DNA of 64,000 nucleotides from assembly GCA_964106645.2 (NCBI GenBank), contig OZ067053.1. The stretch is one strand, 5' to 3'. The translations under genes were made by a program, and so were the position numbers. The number at the start of each line of letters is the position of its first letter. Positions within the stretch are counted from its first letter, which is position 1. The notes under the pieces were generated by a model. The model was not told where the DNA came from. It was given only the letters and a program-made list of their open reading frames with translations, and made no database searches. The DNA is from Podarcis pityusensis. Taxonomy: Eukaryota. Shown in pieces: positions 43,701 through 57,300 of the stretch.

Positions 43701-46700
43701 GCTAAAAGACCAAGCTCTTACAAAAAGCACTCTGTACATGCTCGGCAGCCCTTGATTCTTTATCCTCACTTCACACGCAGCAGAAGCTAAGCCTTGGTCA
43801 TGAAAATGATTCCCAAGGCCACGGCTTGGCAGGATCTGGGTGTTTTGCAATATCGCATAGTTCAACAATTCTTTACAAAGGCATGTCTTCGGACCCCAGG
43901 GAAGCGGCTTTTCCACTCAGGCTCGCAGCTCAGCCCAACCCTTTGCTCACTGTTCATCAGTCTATGGAGATAACCCTAACCCTTTAATAAGGTGATAGCT
44001 GCAGAGCTGTTGGTGGGGGACACTCACACACCCCTCAGTGGTATTTCAGGTCCCTGAATTTTCAGCTTTCATTCTTTTCTGAAAGGAGAGGGGAAGGGTG
44101 TGCCACTCAACACAGGGGAAGAAGCAGAGCCAAGAAAGCAGCTATCTGCCCAGCAGAAGCACGTGGAGTACTCTCAGATTTCAGATTCCACCCCAAGATT
44201 CTGCACTCAGGCAAACACATTAACCTAGTTTGCAAAACGATAACCTGCTCCTGCTATCTTAAAAGACCACCTTATTTACAATGCCACAAGCTGTCATGGA
44301 CTCTAGGTCCAAGAAATCAATGTGCAAGAGCATACCTGGCAGTTGCTACAAGACTGTCCGTCGTGGTTAAGTCCAGGGCCCCCAACACAGCAGAATGAGC
44401 TGTGGTAATTAAGTGAAATAATAATACATATAATTGCAATCTGAAAAGCTCCCCCTCCCCTAATAAGACCATTAACTCCAGATTCCAAATGTGCTTCTGT
44501 CTCTATGCTGTTTTTGTTGCAACTGGTCAACACAGACGCCCTTTCAAGAGTTCCCTGATTCTCTTTCGGGTGGCACAGGAGGATCCCAAATGGGGTCCCC
44601 ACCTTCTTTGCCTGCCCCACTCCACCACATCTGCATGCTGCTGCCCACCCCCAAACAATCTTTCGTTGCCTTTTGGTCTTAAGTGTCCCTCAATATCACA
44701 CAACAGGATTATTCAAAAAAGAGAGAGGCCGGACCGATAAACACACCCAGACTCTGGAATGCTACGTGGGTGGAGACTGAGATGTTATGGAGTGGGGGTG
44801 GGGAGATGCAATGGAACAAAAGTCAATGTAATATACGACAAAGTCTTGTGCAGGTCAGTGCAATAGAAAAAAACCCTCTAAATATAATTCTATTAAGCTT
44901 AAAAGGCGATTTAGTGCATGATCCTACAAAACTCCCTGGGAGCAGCCTCCCATTTGGGATGTCAAAGTGTGTGTTTGTGTGTGTGTGAACATTGTCCATG
45001 CTGAACTCTGTGGGTACCATTCTAGGCAGAAGCAGTAATCCCTTTATCCTGGCTGGGCATTTTTTTAATTGTTGCTGTTGTGTTTGCCGGGATGGCAGAC
45101 TGATGCAATGGCTGACTTGACGCTCCAGAACATGAAAAGGGGAGATGAGATGAGCAAAATGAAGGCTGCTGTGTCCCCCCCCCCCCAGCTAATCCCCACA
45201 CCACTGCCACCACCACCAGGCAAGGCAACACACTCAAAAGCACCAGCAGCAAAGATCATACTATGGGTCAGCAAGTGAACCACATGGAGGGTGGGGAGAT
45301 ACCACTAGCACTGCAGGTCGTACATATGCTTTTTGCTTCTCCTGGACGGGGGGGGGGGGGGAATACCCCTTCATGGTGTCTGTTCATTTGGAGGGGATTT
45401 CTCCTTCCCAATTAGGACGGAGTCCCTTTACAAGACCATTTGGGTTTCCCCTGCTTCTTCCGTGGTTGCCATGCGCTCAAAGAGTCCCATGGAGAGACGC
45501 TGGGTGGTTTCTGAGAGTGAAGGCAGCAAAAATAATTAACGCTGGTGAAAAAGCAGTGGAAAATATCTCCTCCTTTCGGGGCCACACGAGAGCAGAGGGA
45601 GGGCAGCTGGCGGATGCAGTCCCCAGATCGTGCCCTGGGGATAGGCCTCTCTGTCCTTGTGACTCCCTAGGCTTCAAATATTGCTTCTCTGCCCCTGCAG
45701 GTTAGTCTGAGAGGATTGGGTTGGGAGTCACCAAGATGGCGCTCCTCAATAATGCGCCCATCTCATCCCAAGATGGGGGTGGAGAACCTGCCACCTTCCA
45801 GATGCTGCTGGCTCTTAATTGTCCTTAACCACTGGCCAGGCTGGCTACTGGGACTGCTGGGAACATTTGGAGGGCCCCCAGAGGTTCCCCATCCCTGGGA
45901 CAGAGTGTTCCCAACGAGGCTAAGAGGGTAACAGTGGGGAGACAGCTTCCCTCTCCATGTCCTAGCTAAGGGCTTCCTCCAGAGACATCTCACAAGCCAC
46001 TCTGGAAAATAAGGGCCTTTTCACCTGGTCTAACAAGGCCTTTCTGATGACACCCCACCCCCAGCTCTTAACTCCCTTCCTTTCAAAACAAAAAAAGAAC
46101 CTCATCTGCTAAAATGCAACTGCCTCTGCATTTCAATAACAGCTAAGGTGTTATGTTATATTTCTATCCAATTTCTGCCTGGAGAAGGATGCAAGCAAGG
46201 TATCAACAGGGCTGCGTTTATTTTAATTGCAATACCGAGAGCTTAAGGAAACGTCCACATTTTCGGCAAGGGCGGGTGAGGGAGGAAGGGCACGTAACTT
46301 GTCATGGGACATGCGGCTCTGCCTGGTGCCAGCATCACAGGGCACCTGCCTAGGGTCACATCCCAGCCTCTGGCCTCTGCTAGCCCTCCTTGCCATTCCT
46401 GCCTCTAAACTAGTGAGCAGATGAGGGAGAGAGAGGAGAGGAAGAGGGACAGCTTCTGCTCAACATGGCCTCTTCCTCCACAGTGCAGCCTGGAACAGGA
46501 GCTCAGCAAGGCGGACCTGCAAATTATTTGCTAATTATGCAAATGAGGTGGGTGGGGAAGTTAAACAGAGGGTGCCCAGATGGAAAACAATGGCTGCTCT
46601 GGGCAGAAGAGGGCATTTCTGCAAGTGTGGATTCTACACCCCAATTAACTTTTTCTCTGAAGCTATTAGATTTTAGAATGCGGTAAAAATCTAGGAAGGC

Positions 46701-47765
46701 CAAATGGCTAGGAGGAGGAATACCTGCACATCTGCTTTCGTATCTCTGGCTCTATAAGGACTAGTGGCCAGCTTGGTGCTTTTGAAAGGAAACAAAACAT
46801 GGAAAGCCAGGAATCCAAGCCAAGGAATGGCAGGAATTTATGGGAGGTGGCCTGCCCAGAATCAGGGCAGACCTCAAAAAATGGGACCCTATGACAAGTC
46901 TGGGTCTTATTGCACAGCCTCCTTTGCCTTGGTGGGTCCCCCAATTCACAGCCCAGACTTGGGAGGAAAAGGTGCTCTAGCAAACCCAGGCAAAACTTTC
47001 CAGCTGTTGCTCTAATGCAAATATAGGCACAACGTACCTGGCTGTGTTTAACTATATAAATTCTTTATACATCATATAAACAGGTAACTCTTTTCACATT
47101 ATCTAATTGAGTAGAAGCAATTAAGGACCAACATTTAGAACAGGAAATACAAATATATCAGTTCTTATATACGTAATGTCCAAATAGAAGCTTTTGTGTT
47201 CCACGTATGTATAAATGAATCAGGTTTTTTAAACGTAATGTCCAAATAAAAGCTTTTTGTATTCCACGTATGTCTTAGCGAATATACCGGTAAGTGCCAA
47301 ATGTAACAACTTTAAGGAGCAGTATTTGAAAAAAGATGAACTTTTCTTTGTAATGTTCCACATCTGCCTTTGCAAAGTATGGTTATTGTATACAGCTGCT
47401 GTGTGCAGGTATCAGACAAAGGATACGAAAGATCTTAACATGTGCCTTTGCAAAAAATAGCTGTCAAACGAAAGAACTTAAACGTGACAAGGATTCCGGA
47501 ATAATACCTTGTTTCACCCTGCCAGGCTTCGTCAGCCGAGCATACTCATATTTTGTGTATCAGAGACATGGAACAAGTGATGGTCCTGGTTGATCCTTTG
47601 GCTCCCTAAAAAAAAGCTCAAGAACTCTGGGTAGATCACTGCCAGTTGTTTTATACTGTGAGTAGATCGCAATCTCTTGGGAGTTGGAGGTGCCTGCTCT
47701 AATGCACACCTTCCCTTTTGAAGGAGAATGGCGACCCTCCAGTTATCTGCTTAATTCCAGGCACA

Positions 47766-47859
47766 AAAGCTTTGCTATCTCACAGCCTCCTCCTAATTGC
47801 ATCAAATTCTTCAAAGCTTCGCTATCTCACAGCCTCCTCCTGATTGCCCCAAATTCTTC
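47766..47859. repeat. 47-bp tandem duplication
   Basis: aaagctt(t/c)gctatctcacagcctcctcct(a/g)attgc..caaattcttc occurs twice. Confidence 0.9.
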
Positions 47860-48354
47860 CCTTTGACCCAATTCATGTCGCAAAAAGCCTCTGGCTGAGA
47901 TACGCTTGCATTCAACCCTCAGTCCTGCCACCCCACAGCTCGCCTTGGCATTGTACAAGGAGTCCTTTATGCTGCGTCTCAACACCCTGGATCCACTCCA
48001 CAGAGACTTCTGGGCATGGGCGAAGTTCTGCCTGCCTGCCCCTTTCTGCCTTCCAAATTGAGGCTGCAAAACTTGCAGAGGCAGATTCCTTCTCCTCAGT
48101 CCCAGCCCTTGCAACTCCTCGGGACCGGAGATGGAAGAGATAAGAGGGTGCTGAGAGTGAGGTTTCACAGGCCTGGTTCATGTGAAGTTAACTTATTCGG
48201 GGCGTATCAGAGTATTGTTAAGTCTGGCTGGAGGCAGGTCTCTGGCAGAAATCAAGGTGCTTTTCCCGCCCACTGCTGCCTGATATTCTTTAACTGGAGA
48301 TGCCAGGGACTGAATCTGGGAGCGACCACTGAGCTGCAGACCCTACCTTCCATC

Positions 48355-48612
48355 AGGAGAGGCAGCAATGGCTTTAGAAGAGGACTGGAGAAATTCAGGG
48401 AACAGGAGAAGACTACTGATGGCTACTAGCCAGGATAGCTGTTCTCTATCTCCAAAGTTGGAGACAGATATGCTTCTGAGGACCATTTCACTGGAAACTG
48501 CTCTCGTGTTTGGGGTTTCCCATAATGGGCATCTGTTTGGCCACTGTGAGAACAGGATGCTGGCCAAGATGGGCCACTGGTCTCATCCAGCAGACCCTTC
48601 TTACATTCACAT
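48355..48612 (+). mobile_element. CR1-like LINE 3' end fragment
   Basis: ggctttagaagaggactggagaaattca...ggccactgtgagaacaggatgctgg is the reverse complement of the copies at 28872, 54037 and 63846. Confidence 0.55.
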
Positions 48613-50770
48613 GTCTTCTACTCCAGGGTCACTCTCATGCTAGAAACTTAACAACAATCCCAGCTCCAGTCACTGCAGGAATCTCCCAGCCTAATGTTAA
48701 CATATTTATAAAGCCAAGTGTTCAAAGAGGTTCACACACATTTCTCCTTGTTGCAACCTTTGCACCAATCCTGCGAAGGAGATCAGTATCAATATTGATA
48801 TTGCATAACGGGAGGCTGAGAGCAACACCTTAAAATTCCTATAACAACGTCTAGGACAAACCACCGAGCCAGATTTGCAGCAGGAACTGAATTCTGAACT
48901 CGGAACTGCCGCCGCACTTATCTGTACAGATTTGCAAAATCAGGAGGTTGAAGAGAATGCGCAGAGAATCCTTAGCTGAAACACAAACAAGCATCTAGTC
49001 CCTTATGTCCGTGGATGAAAGGCAGGCATGGTATCTTCACAGTCATTAAGTTTTGCCCGCTTCCCTCCCACCTGCCCCCAAATCAGACAATGCTTGGGTG
49101 TGGTTTCTCAATAGTTAGGGTGACTATCCTCCTTTCATCTGCATGTAAACAAGATTTTGCATCCCCAACACACACAGTGTTCCTTTCAAAGCATTTTCTC
49201 CAAGGCACAATCTGACCTGACCTTCTGGGTGCAGTGGGTGCCGGTCTGTATGGTATGTCAACCACTGCTGTTTTGTGCTGGACTAATTGTAAGTGGCAGC
49301 AACACAGACCAAATGTTACTATTGCTGGAGGGGAGAGAGAGGTACCCTTCTCTGGGTTGCAGATATAAAGCAGAGTCTGCAGGAAGCCACCACACACACA
49401 CCCTGCCTCCATCCTGTCTGGTTGTTAAATGCTCCCCCCAAAAGTAATCAACATCCCTTTTCAGAAGCACTTTGGGGTTAGGAATAGGACTAAGCGAGTG
49501 CAGCTTAAAATCCATATGCCACTTAACTTGAGGTGTATTATTCAGAAATTCCTGCCTTGGCCCTTAGTGTCCCCCAAAGGAAACCCTCAAATGGGCTACA
49601 TCCTTTGGTGGTCATGCTGGCCCATTGTAAACTGACCTCCTGATCCGAAACCTACTAGGAGCGAAGAGAAACCCTTGGCTTCTAGCTGCATATCTGGGGC
49701 AGCAGGTTGGTGGCTGGGACTGATATGCCTACAGCCTAAAGATCCCTGTGTATCAGGGACAGCTCTTTATTTTCTGATACGTCACAGTTGTCTCTAGTTC
49801 ACCTCTTGAGGATGCCTCTGAGAAACACCAGCCCCCCATCCCCCTGGCTCCACACATATTCCACCTCTGAGGGAGGGAAGGATGGGTGCATATACCTTGC
49901 CTCCAGCACAGTAGTGAGGAACCTGTGACCCTCCATATGTTGTTGGACTCCAAATCCCATTGGTTCCAGAAGCCAGCATGGCCAGTGGTCAGGGATGATG
50001 GGAGTTGTAGCCCCACAACTTCTGGAAGGCTACAGTCTTCTCCCCATCCCTGCTCCTTTTGAACTGCTGATAACACATTGCTTGGCTTTCACTGAGGATT
50101 TACGTCCTGTCTTTCCCTCCAACCAGTCTTCCCAGCTGCTGACTCCAGATACACACCCACACAAACTCTTAGCAGGAGGGATGTGGCCATCTCCAAGCTC
50201 TGATCGGTGTCATATTCCAAAGCACAGGGAGATTCCTAGCTGCCAAGAGACCATTTCCTAACCCTTAGCTCTCACTGGTGAAAGCATGCATGATTCAGTA
50301 GCGAACTGCCTAATAAAACCAGCTGCCATTAACAATATTATAGGGCAATCATGTATTTCCAGTGTATACCGGAACATGACAATAAAGCCCCTTTTGCTTT
50401 TAAACTACTACAAGAAGAACAGAAGAGGCAGAGAAGGCACATCAGCCCTGAGTAACAAACGGAGGATGAGAAAGAGTCAGGTGCTGGTCACGGGACTGAG
50501 AAGAGGAGGCTTACATAGGCATGCCCCAATTTTCACATGTCAAACATTAAGAGGGTGTGACTATGCCCTGGTATGTTTCCTCTGCAATCTTCTTGTCTCA
50601 CTATTATTCGCTGCTGAGATTTAGTAAGTTGCATAACGCCTGTTTTACGAGTTTTATGTATATGTTGTGATGGCTATTTGACATATAAAACAGATGAGTG
50701 GGAGGAGGGAGAGAATCAGTCAGCAAGGACAGACTCTTCTGACCTAGGACCAAAAGGTCAAACACTGTAA

Positions 50771-51400
50771 TCAGAGGCTGATTGGCATCTGTCTGTCTCG
50801 GGAGACAATGGAGGAGTGTGCCTTCGGGGGGGGTGAAGTCAACCACTGGAGAGTTACAGCACCCGCTGTCACTGCAGAGACATGTTTTGCAGCTGGGGCA
50901 GATGAAGGCATCCAGTTCTGCTCAGGCAGGTGGGCCATGTGGCCCTCCCAGCAGTCATTCCTCCTCTGGTCACTGCTGTGGATGTATGACCCGAATGACT
51001 GTCTCCAGGCACTGTGGTTTGTCTGCAAGGGATTCCCACACAAGCTGAGTTATCGTCGCCAGCCTTCATGTCACAATTGCAGACATCTTTGTAATGCAGA
51101 GCTGGTTTTTCATCTTTGCGTTGGTCATTAGCATCACATTCTTCCATACCCTTTCAGAGAGGAAAGCCATTGCCATAGCTGCCTTGCCAATATGCTTAGC
51201 CAGCTCAGCATCAATGGAGAGATTGCTGGTTACGATGGAGCCCAGGGAGGCAAAACCATCTACCACCCAAAACATGTGGTCATCAACGCTTGATGTGTGG
51301 AGTGTTGGGTGACAACCTGACCCAGGACGTTGGTCTTTGTTAGGCTGATGTAAAGTCTGAACTCCACAGGTAGAGTTTTGTACACAGTGGTGAGAGGGAG
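50771..51400 (-). mobile_element. Degenerate RTE-clade LINE 3' fragment (not BovB), internally deleted
   Basis: Minus-strand frames give SLTKTNVLGQ, FASLGSIVTSNLSIDAELAKHIGKAAMAMAFLSERVWKN and YKDVCNCDMKAG, typical of the RTE reverse-transcriptase C-terminus. The frames are shifted. Confidence 0.7.
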
Positions 51401-51694
51401 AGAACTTGCACACCTGGCCAGTTCTGCCAGCGAAATTAGGCACAATTCAGTCAATGCACATATATTGAGTTGCTTAGGTACATCATCTGCTTCTACCTGA
51501 GGAGGGATGGAAAACCTCTGGCTCTCAAGTTGTTGCTAATCTAGAACTCCCATTGTCCCTGACCACAGGCCATGTTGGTAAACTGAGAATCCCAACAACA
51601 TCTGAAGGACCATGGGCTCCCCATCCCTCATCTATTTTCAGATTTCACTCATCTATGAAGCTCAGTGGATAGTTTTGCTGGGGTCAGTCATTCT

Positions 51695-51740
51695 GGAAGG
51701 AAGGAAGGAAGGAAGGAAGGAAGGAAGGAAGGAAGGAAGG
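51695..51740. repeat. (GGAA)11 microsatellite
   Basis: Read directly from the sequence. Confidence 0.95.
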
Positions 51741-52497
51741 GACACACACCATCAAGACTAGATGGATCTTTGGTCTCATGCAAGGGCTGTTCTGATTAGA
51801 TTCTCTAGATTCCAGAAAACTGCACAAGATCAGAGTTTCTCTGTTCTCCAGCACTGCAAACAAAGCTCACATAGACTTAAGCTTTCCATGCATCTGCACT
51901 GGTGTATTAGGAGTGCTCCAAGAATGCGGGGGGGGGGGAGCTGCTTCTGAAGCAAGGACAATCTCTTGTACTGGGGGGCCACCTTCCCCAGGACAAGCAG
52001 GATCCTGTTCTCTTCCCCTTTCAATTTCATGCCCCTTCTGCTCCAATCAACGCAGGGATTGAAAGGGTTGGATTGTGTAGAAGAGGAAGAAAATCCTGCC
52101 TTTGTTCCACTGGTGATCCAGAGCAACACCAAACCATAAAGTCATATGAGCGGCATTGAAAATTCAATTAGGAAGGCAAAGAACTTGCCAGATACATTGG
52201 CTTGGGGGCACCCAGAAAGGAGACAAAAGGGAGTGGGTGTGCATGCAGGGGAGAGAGAAAGCATTTCTAGCACAAAGGAAAGGTTCACTGACCGTCCTAG
52301 TTGCACAAAGCTGGGACACGGGCATGGACGGGAAAGGAAAGCAGAAATGTTGTTCAAAGCAGGGAGGTGGAGGCACAGTGTGTTCAGAAGACCATGTTTC
52401 CTGCCATCCTCTTGGGGCTGTTGCTTGTGCTGCCATTTTTGCACTTGGGTGTAGCAGCTTCCCAAATATGAAATGCATGTCACTAGCAAACGGCTAG

Positions 52498-52887
52498 TGA
52501 TCGCCAAAGAATTAATGCTTTTGAATTATGGTGCTGGAGGAGACTCTTGAGAGTCCCATGGACTGCAAGAAGATCAAACCTCTCCATTCTTAAGGAAATC
52601 AGTGCTCCAGTGCTCACTGGAAGGACAGATCCTAAAGCTGAGGCTCCAATACTTTGGCCACCTCATGAGAAGAGAAGACTCCCTGGAAAAGACTCTGATG
52701 TTGGGAAAGATGGAGGGCACAAGGAGAAGGGGACGACAGAGGACGAGATGGTTGGATAGTGTTCTCGAAGCTACCAGCATGAGTTTGACCAAACTGCAGG
52801 AGGCAGTGGAAGATAGGAGTGCCTGGCGTGCCCTGGTCCATGGGGTCACGAAGAGTCGGACACAACTGAATAACTAAACAACAACAA
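52498..52887 (+). mobile_element. BovB LINE 3' fragment (5'-truncated)
   Basis: Encodes RINAFELWCWRRLLRVPWTARRSN...[32 protein letters not shown] with one frameshift, and ends in a (caa)n tail. Confidence 0.9.
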
Positions 52888-54036
52888 GTCCTGAAAACCT
52901 AAACTACCTTACAACTGTAAGACTTATGTGGGCAGGGGGTTATTTTTCAGGGAAACTGAAAGGGATCTGAGAAAGGCTTTCACTTCTTCTGGTGCAGGCA
53001 CACCTCCTTCAATCGCTGCAGTCAAACAGGTTCAGTAGGTTTTGGATGCAATGTGGGGGAAAAACAGCCCTGCAAGACCTTTTAAGAAGGCTTTAAGAAA
53101 TGAGAAATGAGAAACAAAACACTGCCTACATGTGGATTGTGTGGGAAGCAGCAAAGTGGAATGACCTGGGGGGGGGGGGGGCAAGAACAACAAGGTATGA
53201 AGACCCTGGCCAACAACTTGTTTGAGATTTGAGTGTGTGCCTTAAAGAGGTGTCCCCTGGAATCCTCTGCTGCACTCATGGGTTCCACCTTGGCAGGCCT
53301 AGAGTACACAGACACACGCCCCGCAATCAATTCACACACCCACACATCCCATTGGTATCGTGGAGACCAAGAACACATACCCAGCCCTTCCGTGCGCACA
53401 TGCTCCTCTGCGATAGCTGACTGTACAATAACCTGGCCAGACACATCCCAGGCTCCTTGGTTCCACTGACTTGCCCTGGCTTGTCCCCTATTGAAGCTGC
53501 TGAGCGATCTCCAGGGCATGAACAGGCCCTTTTGCTGGTTCCCCTTTGTCTTGTTTTCAGGTACTGGGGGAACAAGCCCAACCACTGGCACCTTCCTCGC
53601 CACCCAGCTCTTCACACCTACTGTGTTGGGGCAAGCCCCAAAGAAGCAAGGGAGATCAGGCTGATAACGATATTTAAAAAACATGAGAGAGTGGGGAGGC
53701 CAGAGCAAGAGAAGTGAGCAGCTTTTGCCACTCCTGTTGCCCCCGGGGGCTGCAGCAGGCTGGGATCTGGCATTCTGCCTCTGCCCCAACCCTGTGACAC
53801 TCCAATCCTAGAATTCTTGTGGTTGTGTCTCCTCCTTGCATCACCTTCACATGAAGCAAACACGGTGCTGTGTGCTCCAGTCTTTGTGAAATTGGGTCAG
53901 ACTGGCCTCCAGATTCCTTGTGTCCTATTCCAGACCCTCCCTAAGCTGATTCTAAGCTCACTTGGGCAAAGGAAGCAGCAAATAACTCCTTTTGTCTTGT
54001 GTTGAAATTTAATTGTAAGGCAGGGACATCTCTTTA

Positions 54037-54318
54037 TGAACCTAAGAAGATCCCTGCAGGATCAGGCCCATGGCCCATCTAGACCAGCCTCCTGTTTTCA
54101 CAGTGGCCAACCAGATGCCTGGGGGAGAAACTCCAAGCAGGACCTAAGCACAAGAGCCCTCTCCCCTCCTGCATTCTCACCTCTGGCTGTATGGCATAGC
54201 CATCGTGGCTAGTAGCCATCAATAACTCTTTCCTCCTTCGTGAATTTGTCTAATCCTCTTTTAAAGCCATCTAGACTGGTGGTCATCACTGCCTCCTGTG
54301 GAAGCGAGTTCCATAGTT
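54037..54318 (-). mobile_element. CR1-like LINE 3' end fragment
   Basis: Same family as the copies at 28872, 48355 and 63846. Confidence 0.55.
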
Positions 54319-57300
54319 TTCTTCATTTTGCACAGTGCAGAGAAAGTATTGTGTGTGTGTGGGGGGGGTGTTTCCCACATGCAGAACTAAACTCCAGGTC
54401 AACAAAACTGATGGGCTTAAGATTCAGGACAGGTAAGAGGAAGCACTACTTTGCAGTGCTTAACTGTTCCTGCCTAAACCAACCTAGTTGCTACAATCAG
54501 GAGAGATGGGTAACGAGAGATGGGGGCTTTTAGATTGTGGCACTCCATCTTGGGAGGGAGAAGTCCCTTCCCCAAGAGGTCCACACAAAAACACTTTCGT
54601 TCCTCCAATTATACGTTGGAATTTTATCTTATTATAGATCACTTTGGTGCTTTGTTTTATTGTGATTTTGCTTTCAAAAACTATTTGTTGTTTCGACACT
54701 GCATTATTTTATTGTAAGGTGGCCATCTAGTCTCTGCTGAACTAGCTCCAGCAAAGCTACTGAACGCCAGTTCTTGGGAGTCAACAATGGCTCAAAGCGG
54801 AGTAGGTGGGTGGGTGAGTGCCTCTGGACCCCCCTCCCTTTGAAAGCTTCCCACTGCCTGAAACAGGTCGCTGGGATATATGGCCCTTTGGCCACATCTA
54901 GCAAGGCTCTTCTTACAGATTGCCAGTATCCTTCTGGTCAGGACCATGTAGGTTGAGAACAATGCCATTATCTTCTGCTGAAGTCAGAGTCTTCAGTCCA
55001 GCTCTCAACAATATGCACTTGCAGCAGGAATCAAGCAGCTAGCTGCCTTTATCCTCCCAAGTTCAGTCAAACTCCAGCAGGTTCCACCGACCCAGCCTGC
55101 CACATGTCAAAGAGAAAGATGCCTTTGGAGGACTGAGCAACACACCCACATGGCTCCCACAATGCATGGGCTGGTCCCTGCCTCTCATTCCAGAGTCACC
55201 GGTTAGGGCAAACAGGTGAAGATCTTTTCTCTCAGGAGGAGGAGGAGGAGGAGGGTGGTGCTTGCCTTTCCCCTGCCAAAGTCTAACTGCCCCTCAATCA
55301 CCTACGTTCACGGAAGAGGATCTTTACTGTCTGCCTTCCTGTTTAAACGATATCCCCTGCGCATGAATTTTTATTTATTTACGTTAGATTTAAACCTCGC
55401 CCTTCCTTCCAAAGGAGCCCAGGAGAAATGGGGTGCAGAGGAGGGAAAGAAGAACAGAACGACGATAGAGACGCCAGGGAAACAGCCCCAAAGGCTGCCC
55501 ATCCGCAGGCAGATGAGAAGACATTCTCCCACTCCAGAAGGCAGAAGGGGTGAAGTTGCACAGAGCAGCAGAAGCACAGAATCGTAGAGTTGGAAGGGAC
55601 TCCCAGGGGTCATCGTGTCTAACCCCCTGCAATGCAGGAATCACGGCTAAAGGAAGCCCTGACAGAATCAGTAACCCCCACACCGTATGCCAGGAGAGGG
55701 CTGTGAGCATGCTCACATAAATAATGACACCCACCCAGCCACAAAGGAGGTTGCCCACTGCTTCTCTGCCTGATCAGGACTTTTAACTCCATCCAATCGG
55801 CTCCTGCCAGCGGCAGACGCATTTCCACATCAGGTGCAACCAGATAATTACATCTCACACAATCACTTCCAACCCAGAGATTTAGCCGAATTACCCAACC
55901 CCAGCCAAGGCTTCCCGTTGCATCTCTGCATGACTCACAGCTGTGGGAAACAATGGCACACTTTTGGCTTCTCTTGCTTTTTTTGTCCCAATAGCACCCT
56001 GGTCCAATCCAGAATGCATAAAGAGCATGATCCACTTCCGAACACGAGGCTGCTTAGGCGGCATACTGAACAAATCCAAAATTACGATCTGCTGGAATTT
56101 AAAACCACATATATTTGACAGAATTTACTTGTGTTCTCACAGAAAGCCATGGAACTGAGTCCAGTACTTGACCCTCTGAAAACTCTCCCTGCACTTTCCC
56201 CCTTTGTAACCATGAGGGCTTCAAAGTTGGTTGCTAGTGTTAAATGAAACCAAAGGATGCTGAATGCGCGAGTCCAGTGTGTCAATTTCTTCTGTATATG
56301 ATGCTCACACACAACACACCAGAGACTTGTTTCACATTTTAAAAGAGCTTACTCAAGGCCTAAACGGATGAAGCTTGGAAGACCAGAATGTGCATGTATC
56401 ATATTTACCTAAAAGTAGCTGGCTGAGGCAGGGACTCCAAAAGTTGCTGCAGCAGAGCAGCAATGGGGAGAGGCGGTTTTATTCCTTCACCTGCACCAGT
56501 TCCCAGTTCTAAATTTCCATTCTGCCCCCTGCCCGGAAAGCTATTAGAGCAGTAGCAGAAAAGATATGGGTACCAATAACCAGGAAAGGGGAAGTTTTAA
56601 TTGATAGCATAGAAAAGCACAAGAGCCAGGGGTGGCAGGGGGAGGGGGGAGATCTTTCTATAGGAAGCTGACGTGCTTGGAGCTAGAACAAAGGAGAGTT
56701 GGCAGCTGTCAGTCAGGAAGCTTGGAACCTCACAAGTCTTCAAAGAACATGGGGGAGGTTCTTACTCTGCCAGCCAGTTATGCCCAGGGCCATCTGCGCT
56801 CTGCACTGAGAGAGGCAGGATTTTGCAACGCGCATAATTTTGCATGCTCTTTCCTTTTGCATGAATACATATGGAGGCATGTAATGTGGATGCCCTAACC
56901 ACACAAACTATTTTCCCCAAAACCCCTCTGATATTTCAGTGGGCATAGCCCAGATATCTTCAAGCACAGATACGCGCAACCATTAAGCTAGGAATTTGGT
57001 GAGTTTCTTTTTCTTTTCTTTTCTTTAAAGGAAAGCTAAGATTCTTCGGGAACTTAGTAATTCCGCACCCAATACTTTTGGGGTTTTCGTCCTCTAATAT
57101 TTCATGGAATTCTGGCCTAACACACTCTGGCTTAATTTCGCTGCTCTCCAAAGTGTGGAGCAAAGCCACAACAGCCCTCATGGATAGTTCAAAGTTCAAT
57201 TCCCATTAAGGTGGATGACATGTATCGCTCCAGACTTGGGGGGTGGGGGGCGGGAGAGAGATCACCTTGAACCAAAGGACTCAACCCCCTGTCCCCATAC

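Noticed and set aside
51695-51740. (GGAA)n as an ETS-type enhancer
   Set aside because: A common microsatellite with no further support.
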